Shown here in pieces: positions 27,173 to 36,932 of a DNA stretch of 64,000 nucleotides (its first letter is position 1; the number at the start of each line of letters is the position of its first letter). Source of the stretch: Bacteroidota bacterium (GTDB taxonomy: Bacteria > Eisenbacteria > RBG-16-71-46 > SZUA-252); the NCBI GenBank assembly GCA_050257045.1, contig JBLMWD010000074.1, positions 6,442-70,441 of the forward strand, written 5' to 3'. A program made the translations under genes and the position numbers. The notes under the pieces are model-generated. The model did no database searches and had not been told where the DNA came from. It saw nothing but the letters and a program-made list of their open reading frames with translations.

Positions 27173-28716
27173 CGCCCGACGCCGGCACGGGTCTCGCGGC
27201 CGCGCCGAATCCGCTGCGCGAAGGGAGCATGACGCTCCGCGCGGCGGAGCCCTGCACGTTCGTCGTCTTCGGCGCGAGCGGCGACCTCACGCACCGAAAG
27301 CTCCTCCCCGCCCTCCTCGAGCTCTCACGCGACCGTCTCCTCGATCCCAAGACGGCGATCGTGGGCTTCGCGCGAACTCCGAAGACCGACGAGCAGTTCC
27401 GCGACGAGGCGGCCGCGGTCGCCAAGGAGCACGGCGTCGCCGACGCGGTCTGGAAGAATTTCGCCCCTTCCCTCTTCTACCGCTCGGGCGACTTCGGGAG
27501 CGCGCCCGATTTCCAGGCGCTCCGCGGCGAGCTGGAGAAGATCGAGCAATCGCGCGGGATGCCGGGGAACCGGATCTACTACCTCGCCGCGCCGCCGCCG
27601 ACGTTCCCGGCCATCTTCGACCAGCTCGGAGCCTCCGGCCTCGCCCAGCCCGCGCCGGGGGCGTGGAAGCGCGTGATCGTCGAGAAGCCGTTCGGGCGCG
27701 ACCTCGCTTCGGCGCGCGAGCTGAACGCCCGCATCCACGCCAGCTTCGACGAGCGCCAGATCTACCGGATCGACCATTACCTCGGGAAGGAGACGGTCCA
27801 GAACATCCTGGTCTTCCGCCTCGCGAACGGGATCTTCGAGCCGCTCTGGAACCGCCGCTACGTGAGCCACGTGCAGATCACGGTCGCGGAGACGGTCGGC
27901 GTGGAGGGGCGCGCGGGTTACTACGAGCAGGCAGGGGTGCTCCGCGACATGCTCCAGAACCACATGTTCCAGCTCCTCGCGCTCACCGCGATGGAACCCC
28001 CTTCGCGGTTCGACGCCGACTTCGTGCGCGACGAGAAGGCGAAGGTGCTCCGCGCCATGGAGCCCCTCGCCGCCGACCAGGTGGCGAAGCGAACCGTGCG
28101 AGGGCAGTACACGGCCGGCTCGGTCGCCGGGGAGGCGGTCCCCGGCTATCGCGAGGAACAGGGTGTCGATCCCAACTCCACGACCGAGACCTACCTCGCC
28201 GTGAAGCTCGAGGTCGACAACTGGCGCTGGGCGGGCGTCCCCTTCTACCTCCGCTCCGGGAAGCGGCTCGGGAAGCGCGCGACGGAGGTGGCGATCTCCT
28301 TCCGGCGCCCGCCGACGTCGCTCTTCCGTTCGGTCGGCTGCGCGCCGATCGATGCGAACGTCCTCCGGCTCCGGATCCAGCCCGACGAAGGCGTTTCGCT
28401 GTCGTTCGGGACGAAGGCGCCGGGACAGGCGATGCAGATCCAGCCGGTGCGGATGGACTTCAACTACATCACCGCCTTCGGCGCCGATCCTCCGGAGGCC
28501 TACGAGCGGCTCCTCCTCGACTGCAACCTCGGCGACTCGACCCTGTTCGCGCGCGAGGACGAGGTGGAGCTCGCGTGGGAGCGCGTCGACGCGATCGGCC
28601 GCGCGTGGGCGGAGCGCGGCGAGCCGCCGCTCCTCCCCTATCCCGCCGGGACCTGGGGCCCGCGCGAAGGGGACCTCCTCCCCGAGCGGGACGGCCACCG
28701 CTGGTACCGGGTGTGA
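27169..28716 (+). CDS. zwf: Glucose-6-phosphate 1-dehydrogenase
   Basis: FGASGDL, VEKPFG, RIDHYLGKE, RDMLQNH, NWRWAGVPF, EAYERLL. Confidence 0.97.
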   Translation: MTPDAGTGLAAAPNPLREGSMTLRAAEPCTFVVFGASGDLTHRKLLPALLELSRDRLLDPKTAIVGFARTPKTDEQFRDEAAAVAKEHGVADAVWKNFAPSLFYRSGDFGSAPDFQALRGELEKIEQSRGMPGNRIYYLAAPPPTFPAIFDQLGASGLAQPAPGAWKRVIVEKPFGRDLASARELNARIHASFDERQIYRIDHYLGKETVQNILVFRLANGIFEPLWNRRYVSHVQITVAETVGVEGRAGYYEQAGVLRDMLQNHMFQLLALTAMEPPSRFDADFVRDEKAKVLRAMEPLAADQVAKRTVRGQYTAGSVAGEAVPGYREEQGVDPNSTTETYLAVKLEVDNWRWAGVPFYLRSGKRLGKRATEVAISFRRPPTSLFRSVGCAPIDANVLRLRIQPDEGVSLSFGTKAPGQAMQIQPVRMDFNYITAFGADPPEAYERLLLDCNLGDSTLFAREDEVELAWERVDAIGRAWAERGEPPLLPYPAGTWGPREGDLLPERDGHRWYRV

Positions 28717-29834
28717 GCGAGACGCCCGCCGCGGGGCGCGCGCCCAGCGACACGACCGCGCCGTTCCTTCTCCTGTCCGACGAGGGGGAGCAGCCCTTCG
28801 ACGCGGCCGCACTCGAGCGCCAGCTGCAGACGATGTGGAAGACGCGGCCGCAGTCGACCGCCTTCTACCGTGCCGCACTGGCGAACCTGATCGTACCCCT
28901 CGGGGGCCTCGATCTCGACCAGATGGCGCCAGTCATCGCGGAGGTGTCGCGGCGCCATCCGGCGCGAATCCTCCGCATCGATCCGGCCCCGGGAACGCCG
29001 GCCGACCCCGCGCGGCTCCGGGCGCGCGCGAGCGCTCTCTGCCATCTGCGCGAGGGAGGGGGCGGGTTCGTCTGCTCCGAGATGGTCGTGCTCGAGTACA
29101 CGGAGACGACGGCCCCGCTCGTGCCGAGCGCCGTGCGCTCGCTCCTGATCGGCGACCTCCCGGCGGTGCTCCTCGCCATGACGCCGGGGCCGCAGCCGTC
29201 CTGGATGGAGGCGCTCGTCGCCGTTGCCGATCTCGTGATCGCGGACAGCTGCGTCGAGGAGGAGCCGGCCGCGCTCGCGGCGATCTGGGAGCGGACCGGG
29301 CGAAAAGGCACGCCGATGCGCGACCTCGCCTGGGCTCGACTCGAACCGTGGCGGTCGGCGCTCGCGCGGCTCTTCGACACGCCGGAGGCGAGCCCCGCGC
29401 TCACCGGGCTGCGCGACCTCACGCTCGCGCACGGCGGTGCGGCGCCCTCCTCCACGGTCTGGCTCCTCGCGGGGTGGATGGCGAGCCGGCTCGGGTGGAA
29501 GCTAATCCGGCGGGACGGGACCCGCTGGACGTTCCGGTCCGCGGGCGGCCCGGTCCAGGTGACGCTCCAGCGGGACGAATCGGTCGCCGCCGCGGTGCTC
29601 CTCTCGGCGCACGTGCGCGCGGCAGGGACGCACCCACTCGACGCCCGCATCGGGCACGTCGCGGGGGAGGACACCGCACGCCTCGAGCTGCTCGCGCCGC
29701 GAAACGACGTCCGCGCGATCCCCTTCGAGCGCCGGGATCTGGCGACGGCCATCGTCGGTGAGATGCAGCGCCGCCTTCCCAACCCGGCATTCCACGACGC
29801 GGCGCGCGCGGCCCGGGCCATGATCGAGGCATGA
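28713..29834 (+). CDS. opcA: G6PDH assembly/activator protein OpcA
   Basis: Directly follows zwf; RHPARIL, VCSEMVVL, DLAWARLEPWR. Confidence 0.85.
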   Translation: MSETPAAGRAPSDTTAPFLLLSDEGEQPFDAAALERQLQTMWKTRPQSTAFYRAALANLIVPLGGLDLDQMAPVIAEVSRRHPARILRIDPAPGTPADPARLRARASALCHLREGGGGFVCSEMVVLEYTETTAPLVPSAVRSLLIGDLPAVLLAMTPGPQPSWMEALVAVADLVIADSCVEEEPAALAAIWERTGRKGTPMRDLAWARLEPWRSALARLFDTPEASPALTGLRDLTLAHGGAAPSSTVWLLAGWMASRLGWKLIRRDGTRWTFRSAGGPVQVTLQRDESVAAAVLLSAHVRAAGTHPLDARIGHVAGEDTARLELLAPRNDVRAIPFERRDLATAIVGEMQRRLPNPAFHDAARAARAMIEA

Positions 29835-30844
29835 GCGGGGCCGGCGGCGCCGTGACGAACGGGCTGATCCTCGCCGGCGACGTCGGCGGAACGAAGACGC
29901 ATCTCGCCCTCTTCCCCGCCGAGGGGCGCGGCCGGATCGGCGCGCCGGTCGCGGACGAGACCTACCCGAGCGGCGACTTCCCCACGCTCGAGGCGATGGT
30001 CGACCACTTCCGGGCGAGCCACGACGGACCGGTCGCGGCCGCTTCGATCGGTTTCGCCGGCGCGGTCTCGGAGGGACGCGGCGTCGGCACCCACGTCGCC
30101 TGGGTCGCGGACGAGCAGGTCCTCGCGCGCCATCTCCGCATTCCCCGCGCCCACGTCATCAACGACCTGGTCGCGGCCGGATGGGGCATCCCCGCGCTCA
30201 CCCCGCGCGATCTCGCCACGCTCCTTCCGGGGCGGCCGGATCCCGACGGGAACGCCGCGATCGTCTCCGCAGGGACCGGCCTGGGCGAGACGTCGCTCGT
30301 CCGCTACCGCGGCGACCTGATCCCGGTCGCGTCCGAGGGGGGCCACGCCGACTTCGCGCCGCGGACCGATCTCGAGATCGAGGTCTTTCGCGCGCTGCGC
30401 GCCGAGTTCGGCCGCGTCTCCGTGGAGCGGGTCCTCTCGGGTCTGGGCCTCGCGAACGTCGCGCGGGTCCTCCACCGGATGGAGGGCGCCGAGACGGCGC
30501 TCCGGGAGCACGAGCGCGAGGCGGGAGCGGGCGGACTCCCCGCAGCGATCTCGGGAAACGCGCTCGCGAGAACGTGCGCCGCGTGCGCGCAGACCCTCGA
30601 CCTCTTCGTGGGCGTCTACGGCGCCGAGGCCGGGAACGCCGCCCTGCGCGCCCTCGCCCTCTCGGGCGTCTACCTGGGGGGCGGCATCGCGCCCCAGATC
30701 CTCCCCGCGCTCCAAAAACCGATCTTCATGGAGGCATTTCTCGCCAAGGAGCCGCACCAGGCCCTCCTCGAGCGCGTGCCGGTCCACGTCGTCGTGAACG
30801 ACCGATCCGCGCTCCTCGGCGCCGCGCGCTACGCCACGCTGTAG
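29831..30844 (+). CDS. glk: Glucokinase
   Basis: AGDVGGTK, INDL, AGTGLGE, SEGGH, ERVLSGLGL, YLGGGIAP. Confidence 0.93.
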   Translation: MSGAGGAVTNGLILAGDVGGTKTHLALFPAEGRGRIGAPVADETYPSGDFPTLEAMVDHFRASHDGPVAAASIGFAGAVSEGRGVGTHVAWVADEQVLARHLRIPRAHVINDLVAAGWGIPALTPRDLATLLPGRPDPDGNAAIVSAGTGLGETSLVRYRGDLIPVASEGGHADFAPRTDLEIEVFRALRAEFGRVSVERVLSGLGLANVARVLHRMEGAETALREHEREAGAGGLPAAISGNALARTCAACAQTLDLFVGVYGAEAGNAALRALALSGVYLGGGIAPQILPALQKPIFMEAFLAKEPHQALLERVPVHVVVNDRSALLGAARYATL

Positions 30845-30981
30845 ACCACCGGGCGCATCGACGGAGATGCGCCATGGGGAGAACCGCGAAGATCGCCGCG
30901 CTCGTGAAGAAGGCGGTGCGGTGAGCCAGGCGACGGCATTTCAGCCACTTAGCTGACCTTGTCGGCTCCGATTCCCGACCC

Positions 30982-30987
30982 TATAAT
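30982..30987 (+). promoter_or_regulatory. Perfect -10 box TATAAT 6 nt before the fbaB ATG
   Basis: No Shine-Dalgarno between box and ATG; leaderless-type spacing. Confidence 0.65.
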
Positions 30988-30993
30988 CGCGCC

Positions 30994-31968
30994 ATGAATC
31001 CAACTACGGCCGTCGCCGAAAAGACACCGCCGACCACGAAGAGCAGCAAGCGCGTTCGCGAGATCCTCTCCTGGTACGCGTCCGACAATCCGGGAAGCAA
31101 GGCGAACCTCGCCCGCATGATGAACCACGGCGTCCTGGCCGGGACGGGGCGCATGGTGATCCTCCCGGTCGACCAGGGCTTCGAGCACGGCCCCGCCCGC
31201 TCGTTCGCGCCCAATCCCGCGGGCTACGACCCGCGCTACCACGTCGAGCTGGCGATCGAATCGGGCTGCAACGCCTACGCCGCGCCGCTCGGCTTCATCG
31301 AAGCCGGCGCCGCCGACTACGCGGGCGACATCCCGCTCATCTTGAAGCTGAACAATCACGACGTCCTCCACGACGAGAAGGATCCGCTCTCGTCGGTCAC
31401 GGGGAGCGTGGGGGAGGCGCTCCGCCTCGGATGCGCCGCCATCGGCTTCACGATCTACCCCGGCTCCACGCAGGCGGGACGCATGTACGAGCAGATCCGC
31501 GTGCTGGCCGAGGAGGCGAAGCGGGTCGGCCTCGCCGTCGTCGTCTGGTCCTATCCGCGCGGCTCCGAGCTCTCCAAGGAAGGCGAGACCGCGATCGACG
31601 TGGTCGCCTACGCCGCGCAGATCGCGGCCCAGCTCGGCGCGCACGTGATCAAGGTGAAGCTCCCCACCGCGCACGTCGAGCAGCCCGAGGCGCAGAAGGT
31701 CTACCAGAAGTACGCGATCCCGGTCGGCACGCTGGCCGAGCGCGTGCGCCACGTGGTCCAGTCATCGTTCGACGGCCGGCGCATCGTGATCTTCTCGGGA
31801 GGGGCGAAAAAGGACAGCGACGAGGACGTGCTGCAGGAGGCGCGGGCCATCCGGGACGGCGGCGGCTTCGGCTCGATCATCGGCCGGAATTCGTTCCAGC
31901 GGAAGAAGGCCGACGCGATCCAGCTCCTCCACCGGATCATGGCGATCTACTCGGGAGACGCTCCCTAG
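30994..31968 (+). CDS. fbaB: Class I fructose-bisphosphate aldolase (DhnA/FbaB type)
   Basis: ILPVDQGFEHGP, ILKLN, TIYPGS, VVWSYPRG, VIKVK, FSGG, IIGRNSFQR. Confidence 0.92.
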   Translation: MNPTTAVAEKTPPTTKSSKRVREILSWYASDNPGSKANLARMMNHGVLAGTGRMVILPVDQGFEHGPARSFAPNPAGYDPRYHVELAIESGCNAYAAPLGFIEAGAADYAGDIPLILKLNNHDVLHDEKDPLSSVTGSVGEALRLGCAAIGFTIYPGSTQAGRMYEQIRVLAEEAKRVGLAVVVWSYPRGSELSKEGETAIDVVAYAAQIAAQLGAHVIKVKLPTAHVEQPEAQKVYQKYAIPVGTLAERVRHVVQSSFDGRRIVIFSGGAKKDSDEDVLQEARAIRDGGGFGSIIGRNSFQRKKADAIQLLHRIMAIYSGDAP

Positions 31969-31972
31969 CGTC

Positions 31973-32179
31973 TCAGGGCTTCTTCAGCGTTCCCGGCGGG
32001 AGTGTGGCGAGCCAGCGCACGAAGGCGAACCCCGCCGAGGCGAGCACCAGGCAGAGGAGCACGATGACCGCGAGCATCTTCCGGATGCGCGCGCGCACCG
32101 CCTTGTCCCGCCCGGGATCCAGCGCGGCCGGTTCCTGCGACGCCATCATCGAAGCCGTCCCCTTGCCCGACTCGCTCAC
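31973..32179 (-). CDS. Small single-TM protein (68 aa) closing the oxidase operon
   Basis: GTG overlaps the ctaG TGA by 4 nt; basic stretch followed by MLAVIVLLCLVLASAGFAFV. Confidence 0.55.
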   Translation of the reverse strand: MSESGKGTASMMASQEPAALDPGRDKAVRARIRKMLAVIVLLCLVLASAGFAFVRWLATLPPGTLKKP

Positions 32180-32769
32180 AGCGACTTCTTCCCCGCGAGC
32201 GGCGACTTGTCGCTCTCGTTCCGCGGGAAGAGCGTGTAGTTGAGCTGCACCTCGTTCACGCTGAGCGGCACGCGGGGCGAGAGGGCGAAGTAGACCGGCA
32301 GCACGCGCGTCTCGCGCGGCCCGAGCGCCTGGTCCTCGAAGCAGAAGCACTGGATCAGCTGGAATTCGCGCGCGGCCTCCACCGGCGCGATCGAGTGCAC
32401 CGCGCGGAAGAAGACCGAGTCGTCGCTCATGTTCGTGAACGTGTAGTCGAGGTGCACCGGGCGCCCCGGAATCGTGTGTACGAGCGGGACCGAGGGGCCG
32501 AACCGGATCGGAAGTCCCGTGGCCGAGACCCCCATGAACTTGACCTGGATGTCGCGGTTCTCGATCGGCTCGGTGGCCGAGGAGAGCGTGGCCGGCTCGC
32601 CCCAGGGACTCCCCTGGTACGCGGCCTTCCCCGCGCCGCCGAGTCCGAAACGGGCGCAGAAGAGCTTGAAGAGGGGAACGTTCGAGTAGGCGAAGCCGAA
32701 CATCACCGCGACCACGACGGCCATGCCCGCCGCGAGCGCCCCGTTCGAGAACCGCCGCTCGGAGGCCAC
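32176..32769 (-). CDS. ctaG: Cytochrome c oxidase copper chaperone, Cox11/CtaG type
   Basis: N-terminal TM, VPLFKLFC..FG.GG, QCFCFEDQ. Confidence 0.88.
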   Translation of the reverse strand: MASERRFSNGALAAGMAVVVAVMFGFAYSNVPLFKLFCARFGLGGAGKAAYQGSPWGEPATLSSATEPIENRDIQVKFMGVSATGLPIRFGPSVPLVHTIPGRPVHLDYTFTNMSDDSVFFRAVHSIAPVEAAREFQLIQCFCFEDQALGPRETRVLPVYFALSPRVPLSVNEVQLNYTLFPRNESDKSPLAGKKSL

Positions 32770-32770
32770 G

Positions 32771-33640
32771 CTACGAGCGGAGCGGGATGCGCCAGATCGC
32801 GTCGGCGATCATCCCGAGGAAGAGGACGAAGAGATAGACGATGGAGTAGGCGAAGACGTCCCGCGCCGCCCTCACCGTCGGCGCGCGTCGCGCCCGAAAC
32901 GCCTTCACCACGAACGCGGCGCCGAGGAAGAGCGCCGTCACCCCGAGCACGAGCCCGCCTGCGTTCGCGAACGGCATGAGGAGCGTCACGAGCACGAGCA
33001 CGAGCGTGTAGAGCTCGATCTGCCGGTAGGTCTCGGCCTCGCCCCGCACGATCGGGAGCATCGGGATCGCCACGCGCCGGTAATCGTCCTGGACGCAGAT
33101 CGCGAGCGCCCAGAAGTGGGGCGGCGTCCAGAGGAAGATCACGAGGAACATGAGCACGGGCGCGAGCGCCAAGTGCCCCGCCGCCGCGGCCCAGGCGATG
33201 ACCGGGCCCATGGCGCCCGCCGCGCCGCCGATCACGATGTTGTGCACGGTGCGCGGCTTGAGCCAGAGCGTGTAGAAGAAGCCATAGAAGGCGATCGTTC
33301 CGAACGCGAGCCAGGCGGCGAGCGGGCTGCCGTATTCCGCGAGCGCGACCACGGAGAGGACGCCGATCCCGATCGCGAAGGCGAGGGCGCGGCCGGGCGC
33401 GACCCGGTGGAGCGGCAGCGGGCGGCGCGCGCGCGTCCGCTCCATCTGCGCGTCGAGGTCGCGCTCGAAGTACTGGTTGAAGGCGTTCGCCGATCCGGCC
33501 GTCAGCATGATCGCGCCGAGCACGACCAGGAGGCGTAGCGGGTCGTGGAGGAGCGAGCGCTCGGTCACGACGCCGGCGAGCGCCGTGATCATGACGAGCG
33601 CCACGATCCGGGGTTTCGTCAGCTCGATGTAATCACGCAC
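32771..33640 (-). CDS. ctaB: Protoheme IX farnesyltransferase (heme o synthase)
   Basis: LTKPRI, NQYFERDLDAQMERTRARRPL, WTPPHFWAL, DDYRRVAIPMLP. Confidence 0.95.
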   Translation of the reverse strand: MRDYIELTKPRIVALVMITALAGVVTERSLLHDPLRLLVVLGAIMLTAGSANAFNQYFERDLDAQMERTRARRPLPLHRVAPGRALAFAIGIGVLSVVALAEYGSPLAAWLAFGTIAFYGFFYTLWLKPRTVHNIVIGGAAGAMGPVIAWAAAAGHLALAPVLMFLVIFLWTPPHFWALAICVQDDYRRVAIPMLPIVRGEAETYRQIELYTLVLVLVTLLMPFANAGGLVLGVTALFLGAAFVVKAFRARRAPTVRAARDVFAYSIVYLFVLFLGMIADAIWRIPLRS

Positions 33641-34556
33641 GGGACAGCTCGTAACTCGCCACGGTCAGGGTTCCGAACAGCATCAGCGCCGTGCCCAGAT
33701 GGCTGGCGCTCACGGGAAGCGGTACGCGGAGGACCACGTTGGCCACGCCCAGCAGGAACTGCACCGCCAGAAGTATACCCGATATCCGGAGGGGCCAGCG
33801 GGCCCGGGGCGGAAGGGCGACCGGCGCGGCCCGGAAGAGGAGCCCCAGCACGATGAGGACCACCGCGTAGGCGCCGAGCCGGTGGGCGTAGTGGATCCCG
33901 AGGAGCCCCTTCATCGGCGGGAGCCACATCCCCTGGCAGGTCGGGAAATCGGGGCAGGCGAGCGCCGCGCCCGACGAGGAAACCCAGCCCCCGAGCGCCA
34001 CCTGGACGAGCACCGCTCCGGCCGCGACGCGCGCCCAGACGGCGATCCCCCGGCGCTTCCCCGGGTCGACCGACGATCCCTCCCCCGAGGCCGCCGCCGG
34101 GGAGACGCCCGCAGCGTCCTCCGCGTCGCGGGCCACGAGCGCCATCCGGAGGAGAATCGCGAAGAAGAGGAACGCGATCAGGAGATGGGCCACCACCCGG
34201 TCGACGGGAAGCTCCTCGAGCACGACGCGCGCGCCCATGAAGACCTGGAGCCCGAGGGTGATCAGGGCGGCCACCGTGAGCGCGCCCAGGCGGCCGCGCC
34301 AGCGCGCGCTGCGGAAGACGAGGAAGGCGACCGCCAGGGTCGCGATCGAGACGAGGCCCGCGATGGCGCGGTGGGCGTACTCGATGAGGACGTTGTGCTG
34401 CGGCCGCGGGATCACCTTTCCCTGGTCGAGGGGCCAGTCGGGAATGGCCAGCCCGGATCCGGAGAGGCGGACCACGCCGCCCCAGACGACGAGCACGAAG
34501 ACGAGCAACAGGGTGATCCGGAGGACTGTGGCGAGGCGGTCCGACCCGCGGTTCAT
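33633..34556 (-). CDS. ctaA: Heme A synthase
   Basis: GGVVRLSGSGLAIPDWP, EYAHR, VAHL, CPDFPTC, IHYAHR, SHL. Confidence 0.88.
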   Translation of the reverse strand: MNRGSDRLATVLRITLLLVFVLVVWGGVVRLSGSGLAIPDWPLDQGKVIPRPQHNVLIEYAHRAIAGLVSIATLAVAFLVFRSARWRGRLGALTVAALITLGLQVFMGARVVLEELPVDRVVAHLLIAFLFFAILLRMALVARDAEDAAGVSPAAASGEGSSVDPGKRRGIAVWARVAAGAVLVQVALGGWVSSSGAALACPDFPTCQGMWLPPMKGLLGIHYAHRLGAYAVVLIVLGLLFRAAPVALPPRARWPLRISGILLAVQFLLGVANVVLRVPLPVSASHLGTALMLFGTLTVASYELSRA

Positions 34557-34596
34557 GGCTTCGGGCGGCGCGCGCGGCACCGCCGTTCATCGTCTC

Positions 34597-36210
34597 CTAT
34601 CGGATCACCGGGATCCGCGAGAAGTTCTCGGCGGGCGGCGGCGAGGAGATGGTCCATTCGAGCGTCTTGTTGTACTCGGCGTGATCCCAGGGATCGACCG
34701 GGGCGCGCTTGCCGCGCCAGAGGCTCATGAGGACGTTGATCAGGAAGATGCTCATCGCGACGAAGAGGATCCCGGCCCCGATCGTGGAGATCTGGTTCAG
34801 CCCCTCGTACTGGGGCTTGTACGTGTAGATGCGCCGCGGCATCCCGAGCATCCCCATCACGTGCATCGGCATGAACACCACGTTCATCCCGATGAAGGTC
34901 AGCCAGAAGTGCACCTTCCCCATGAGCTCGTTGTACATCTTTCCCGAGATCTTGGGGAACCAGTAGTAGAAGCCGGCCATGATCCCCATCAGCGAGCCGC
35001 CGAAGAGGACGTAGTGGAGGTGGGCCACGACGAAGTAGGTGTCGTGCACCTGCACGTCGAAGGGCACCAGGGCGAGCCACACGCCCGTGATCCCGCCGAT
35101 GATGAAGAGGCAGATGAAGCCGAGGGCGAAGAGCATCGGCGTCCGGAAGCGGATCGCGCCGCCCCAGACCGTGGCGAGCCACGACCAGATCTTCACGCCG
35201 GTCGGCACCGCGATGACCATCGAGGCCAACGAGAAGAAATAGCGGAGGTTCTTGTCGATGCCCACGGCGAACATGTGGTGTCCCCAGACCAGGAACCCGA
35301 TGAAGCCGATCCCCGCCGTCGCGAACACCATCCCCTTGTAACCGAAGAGCGGCTTGTCGGAGAGCGAGGGGAGCACCTGCGAGATCATCCCCATGGCCGG
35401 GAGCACCATGATGTAGACCGCGGGATGGGAGTAGAACCAGAAGAGGTGCTGCCAGAGCACCGGGTCGCCGCCGGCGGCCGGGTGGAAGAAGCCGGTCCCG
35501 AAGAGGCGGTCGGTGAGGAGCATCGTGAGCCCGCCCGCGAGCACCGGGGTCGCGATCAGGATGATCATCTGCGTGATGATCACGTTCCAGCAGAACATCG
35601 GCATCTTCATGAGCGTCATGCCGGGGGCGCGGAGGTTCAGGATCGTCACGACGAAGTTGATCCCGCCGAGGATCGACGAGAGCCCCGCGAGATGGAGTCC
35701 CAGGATCCAGAGGTCGACGCCCGGACCCGGCGAGAACTGCCGGTCGGAGAGCGGCGGATAGTTGGTCCAGCCGGCCGCGGCCGCGCCGCCCTGGAGCAGG
35801 AGGCTCGTCAGCATGAAGCCGCCCGCCGGCACGAGGAGCCAGAACGAGATCGCATTCAGGCGCGGGAAGGCCATGTCGCGCGCCCCGATCTGGATCGGCA
35901 CGACGTAGTTCGAGATCCCCGCGAGCACCGGGATGGTCCAGAAGAAGACCATGAACGTGCCGTGCAGCGACATGATCTGGTTGTAGATCTCGGGGTGGAG
36001 CAGGTGGAGCCCCGCCTTCGAGAGCTGGGCCCGCATGACCATCGCGAAGGCCCCGGCGATGAAGAAGAAGGTGAACGACAGCCAGAGGTACATGACCCCG
36101 ATCAGCTTGTGATCGGTCGTGAGCAGATACTTGAGAATCCCCGTCCGCGGCTTCGGCCCGACGTGGACGACCTCGGTCGGGACCGGCCCGACCAGCGTGC
36201 CCGCTTCCAT
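34597..36210 (-). CDS. ctaD: Cytochrome c oxidase subunit I, heme-copper family A2
   Basis: TTDHKLIG, HGTFM, GARDMAFPRLN (D-channel), FWFYSHPAVY (YS motif of A2), VWGHHMF, PTGVK (K-channel), VAHLHYV. Confidence 0.97.
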   Translation of the reverse strand: MEAGTLVGPVPTEVVHVGPKPRTGILKYLLTTDHKLIGVMYLWLSFTFFFIAGAFAMVMRAQLSKAGLHLLHPEIYNQIMSLHGTFMVFFWTIPVLAGISNYVVPIQIGARDMAFPRLNAISFWLLVPAGGFMLTSLLLQGGAAAAGWTNYPPLSDRQFSPGPGVDLWILGLHLAGLSSILGGINFVVTILNLRAPGMTLMKMPMFCWNVIITQMIILIATPVLAGGLTMLLTDRLFGTGFFHPAAGGDPVLWQHLFWFYSHPAVYIMVLPAMGMISQVLPSLSDKPLFGYKGMVFATAGIGFIGFLVWGHHMFAVGIDKNLRYFFSLASMVIAVPTGVKIWSWLATVWGGAIRFRTPMLFALGFICLFIIGGITGVWLALVPFDVQVHDTYFVVAHLHYVLFGGSLMGIMAGFYYWFPKISGKMYNELMGKVHFWLTFIGMNVVFMPMHVMGMLGMPRRIYTYKPQYEGLNQISTIGAGILFVAMSIFLINVLMSLWRGKRAPVDPWDHAEYNKTLEWTISSPPPAENFSRIPVIR

Positions 36211-36214
36211 GCCT

Positions 36215-36919
36215 CTAGGCTCCCCTCTTCTTCTGCTCGATCCAGCGGGCAAATTCCTCGGGCGGGACCACGTTCACCGTGATGAACATCTCCGCATGGA
36301 GGACGCCGCAGAGCTCGGCGCACTGTCCTCGGTAGGTCCCGGGCTGATCCACGCGGAACCAGGTGTGGTTCACGCGCCCGGGGTTGGCGTCCATTTTGAC
36401 ACCGAAATCGGGAAGGAACCAGGAGTGCACGACGTCGATCGACGTCACGTCGGCGGCGATGGTCTTCCCGGCCGGGATCACGAGCGGCTCGTTCGCGAAG
36501 ACCACCCCGTAGCCCGGGTAGCGGTACTCCCAGAACCACTGGTGCCCGATGATCTCGACGGTCATGTCCGACTTGGGAACCGTCTCGAGGTAGTGGAGCG
36601 TCGAGAACGACGGGCCCGCGAGGTAGAGGAGGGCGGCCACCGGGACCGCCGTCCAGAGGATCTCGAGGCGCAGGTTCTCGTGGAAGGTCGCCGCTTTCAC
36701 CCCCGGCTTCGCCCGGAAGCGGACGATCACGACCAGGAGGAGCCCCTCGGCGATGAGCAGGAAGAAGGAGGTGACGATCACCGCCTTGAACCAGAGGCTC
36801 CGGACCTCGTGCGCGACGGGGGTCGCGGGGTGGAGGAGCCACGCGAAGGCAGCCGGCGCGATGAGGAGGCCGGCGAGAATGCCGAGGATGGCGAGCCACC
36901 GGGGGGAGCGGGGCGTCAT
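36215..36919 (-). CDS. ctaC: Cytochrome c oxidase subunit II (CuA; no fused cytochrome c)
   Basis: GHQWFWEYRY, DVVHSW, CAELCGVLHAEM; the protein ends right after the CuA domain. Confidence 0.95.
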   Translation of the reverse strand: MTPRSPRWLAILGILAGLLIAPAAFAWLLHPATPVAHEVRSLWFKAVIVTSFFLLIAEGLLLVVIVRFRAKPGVKAATFHENLRLEILWTAVPVAALLYLAGPSFSTLHYLETVPKSDMTVEIIGHQWFWEYRYPGYGVVFANEPLVIPAGKTIAADVTSIDVVHSWFLPDFGVKMDANPGRVNHTWFRVDQPGTYRGQCAELCGVLHAEMFITVNVVPPEEFARWIEQKKRGA

Positions 36920-36926
36920 GCGCATG

Positions 36927-36932
36927 ATTGTA
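36927..36932 (-). promoter_or_regulatory. Putative internal -10 box TACAAT 7 nt before ctaC ATG (36919)
   Basis: Sits in the short gap after the diheme cytochrome stop codon. Confidence 0.5.

Noticed and set aside
30874-30924. 16-codon ORF MGRTAKIAALVKKAVR after glk, preceded by a small hairpin and GGAG
   Set aside because: Too short to support; may be a gene remnant or chance. No motif or conservation evidence available here.
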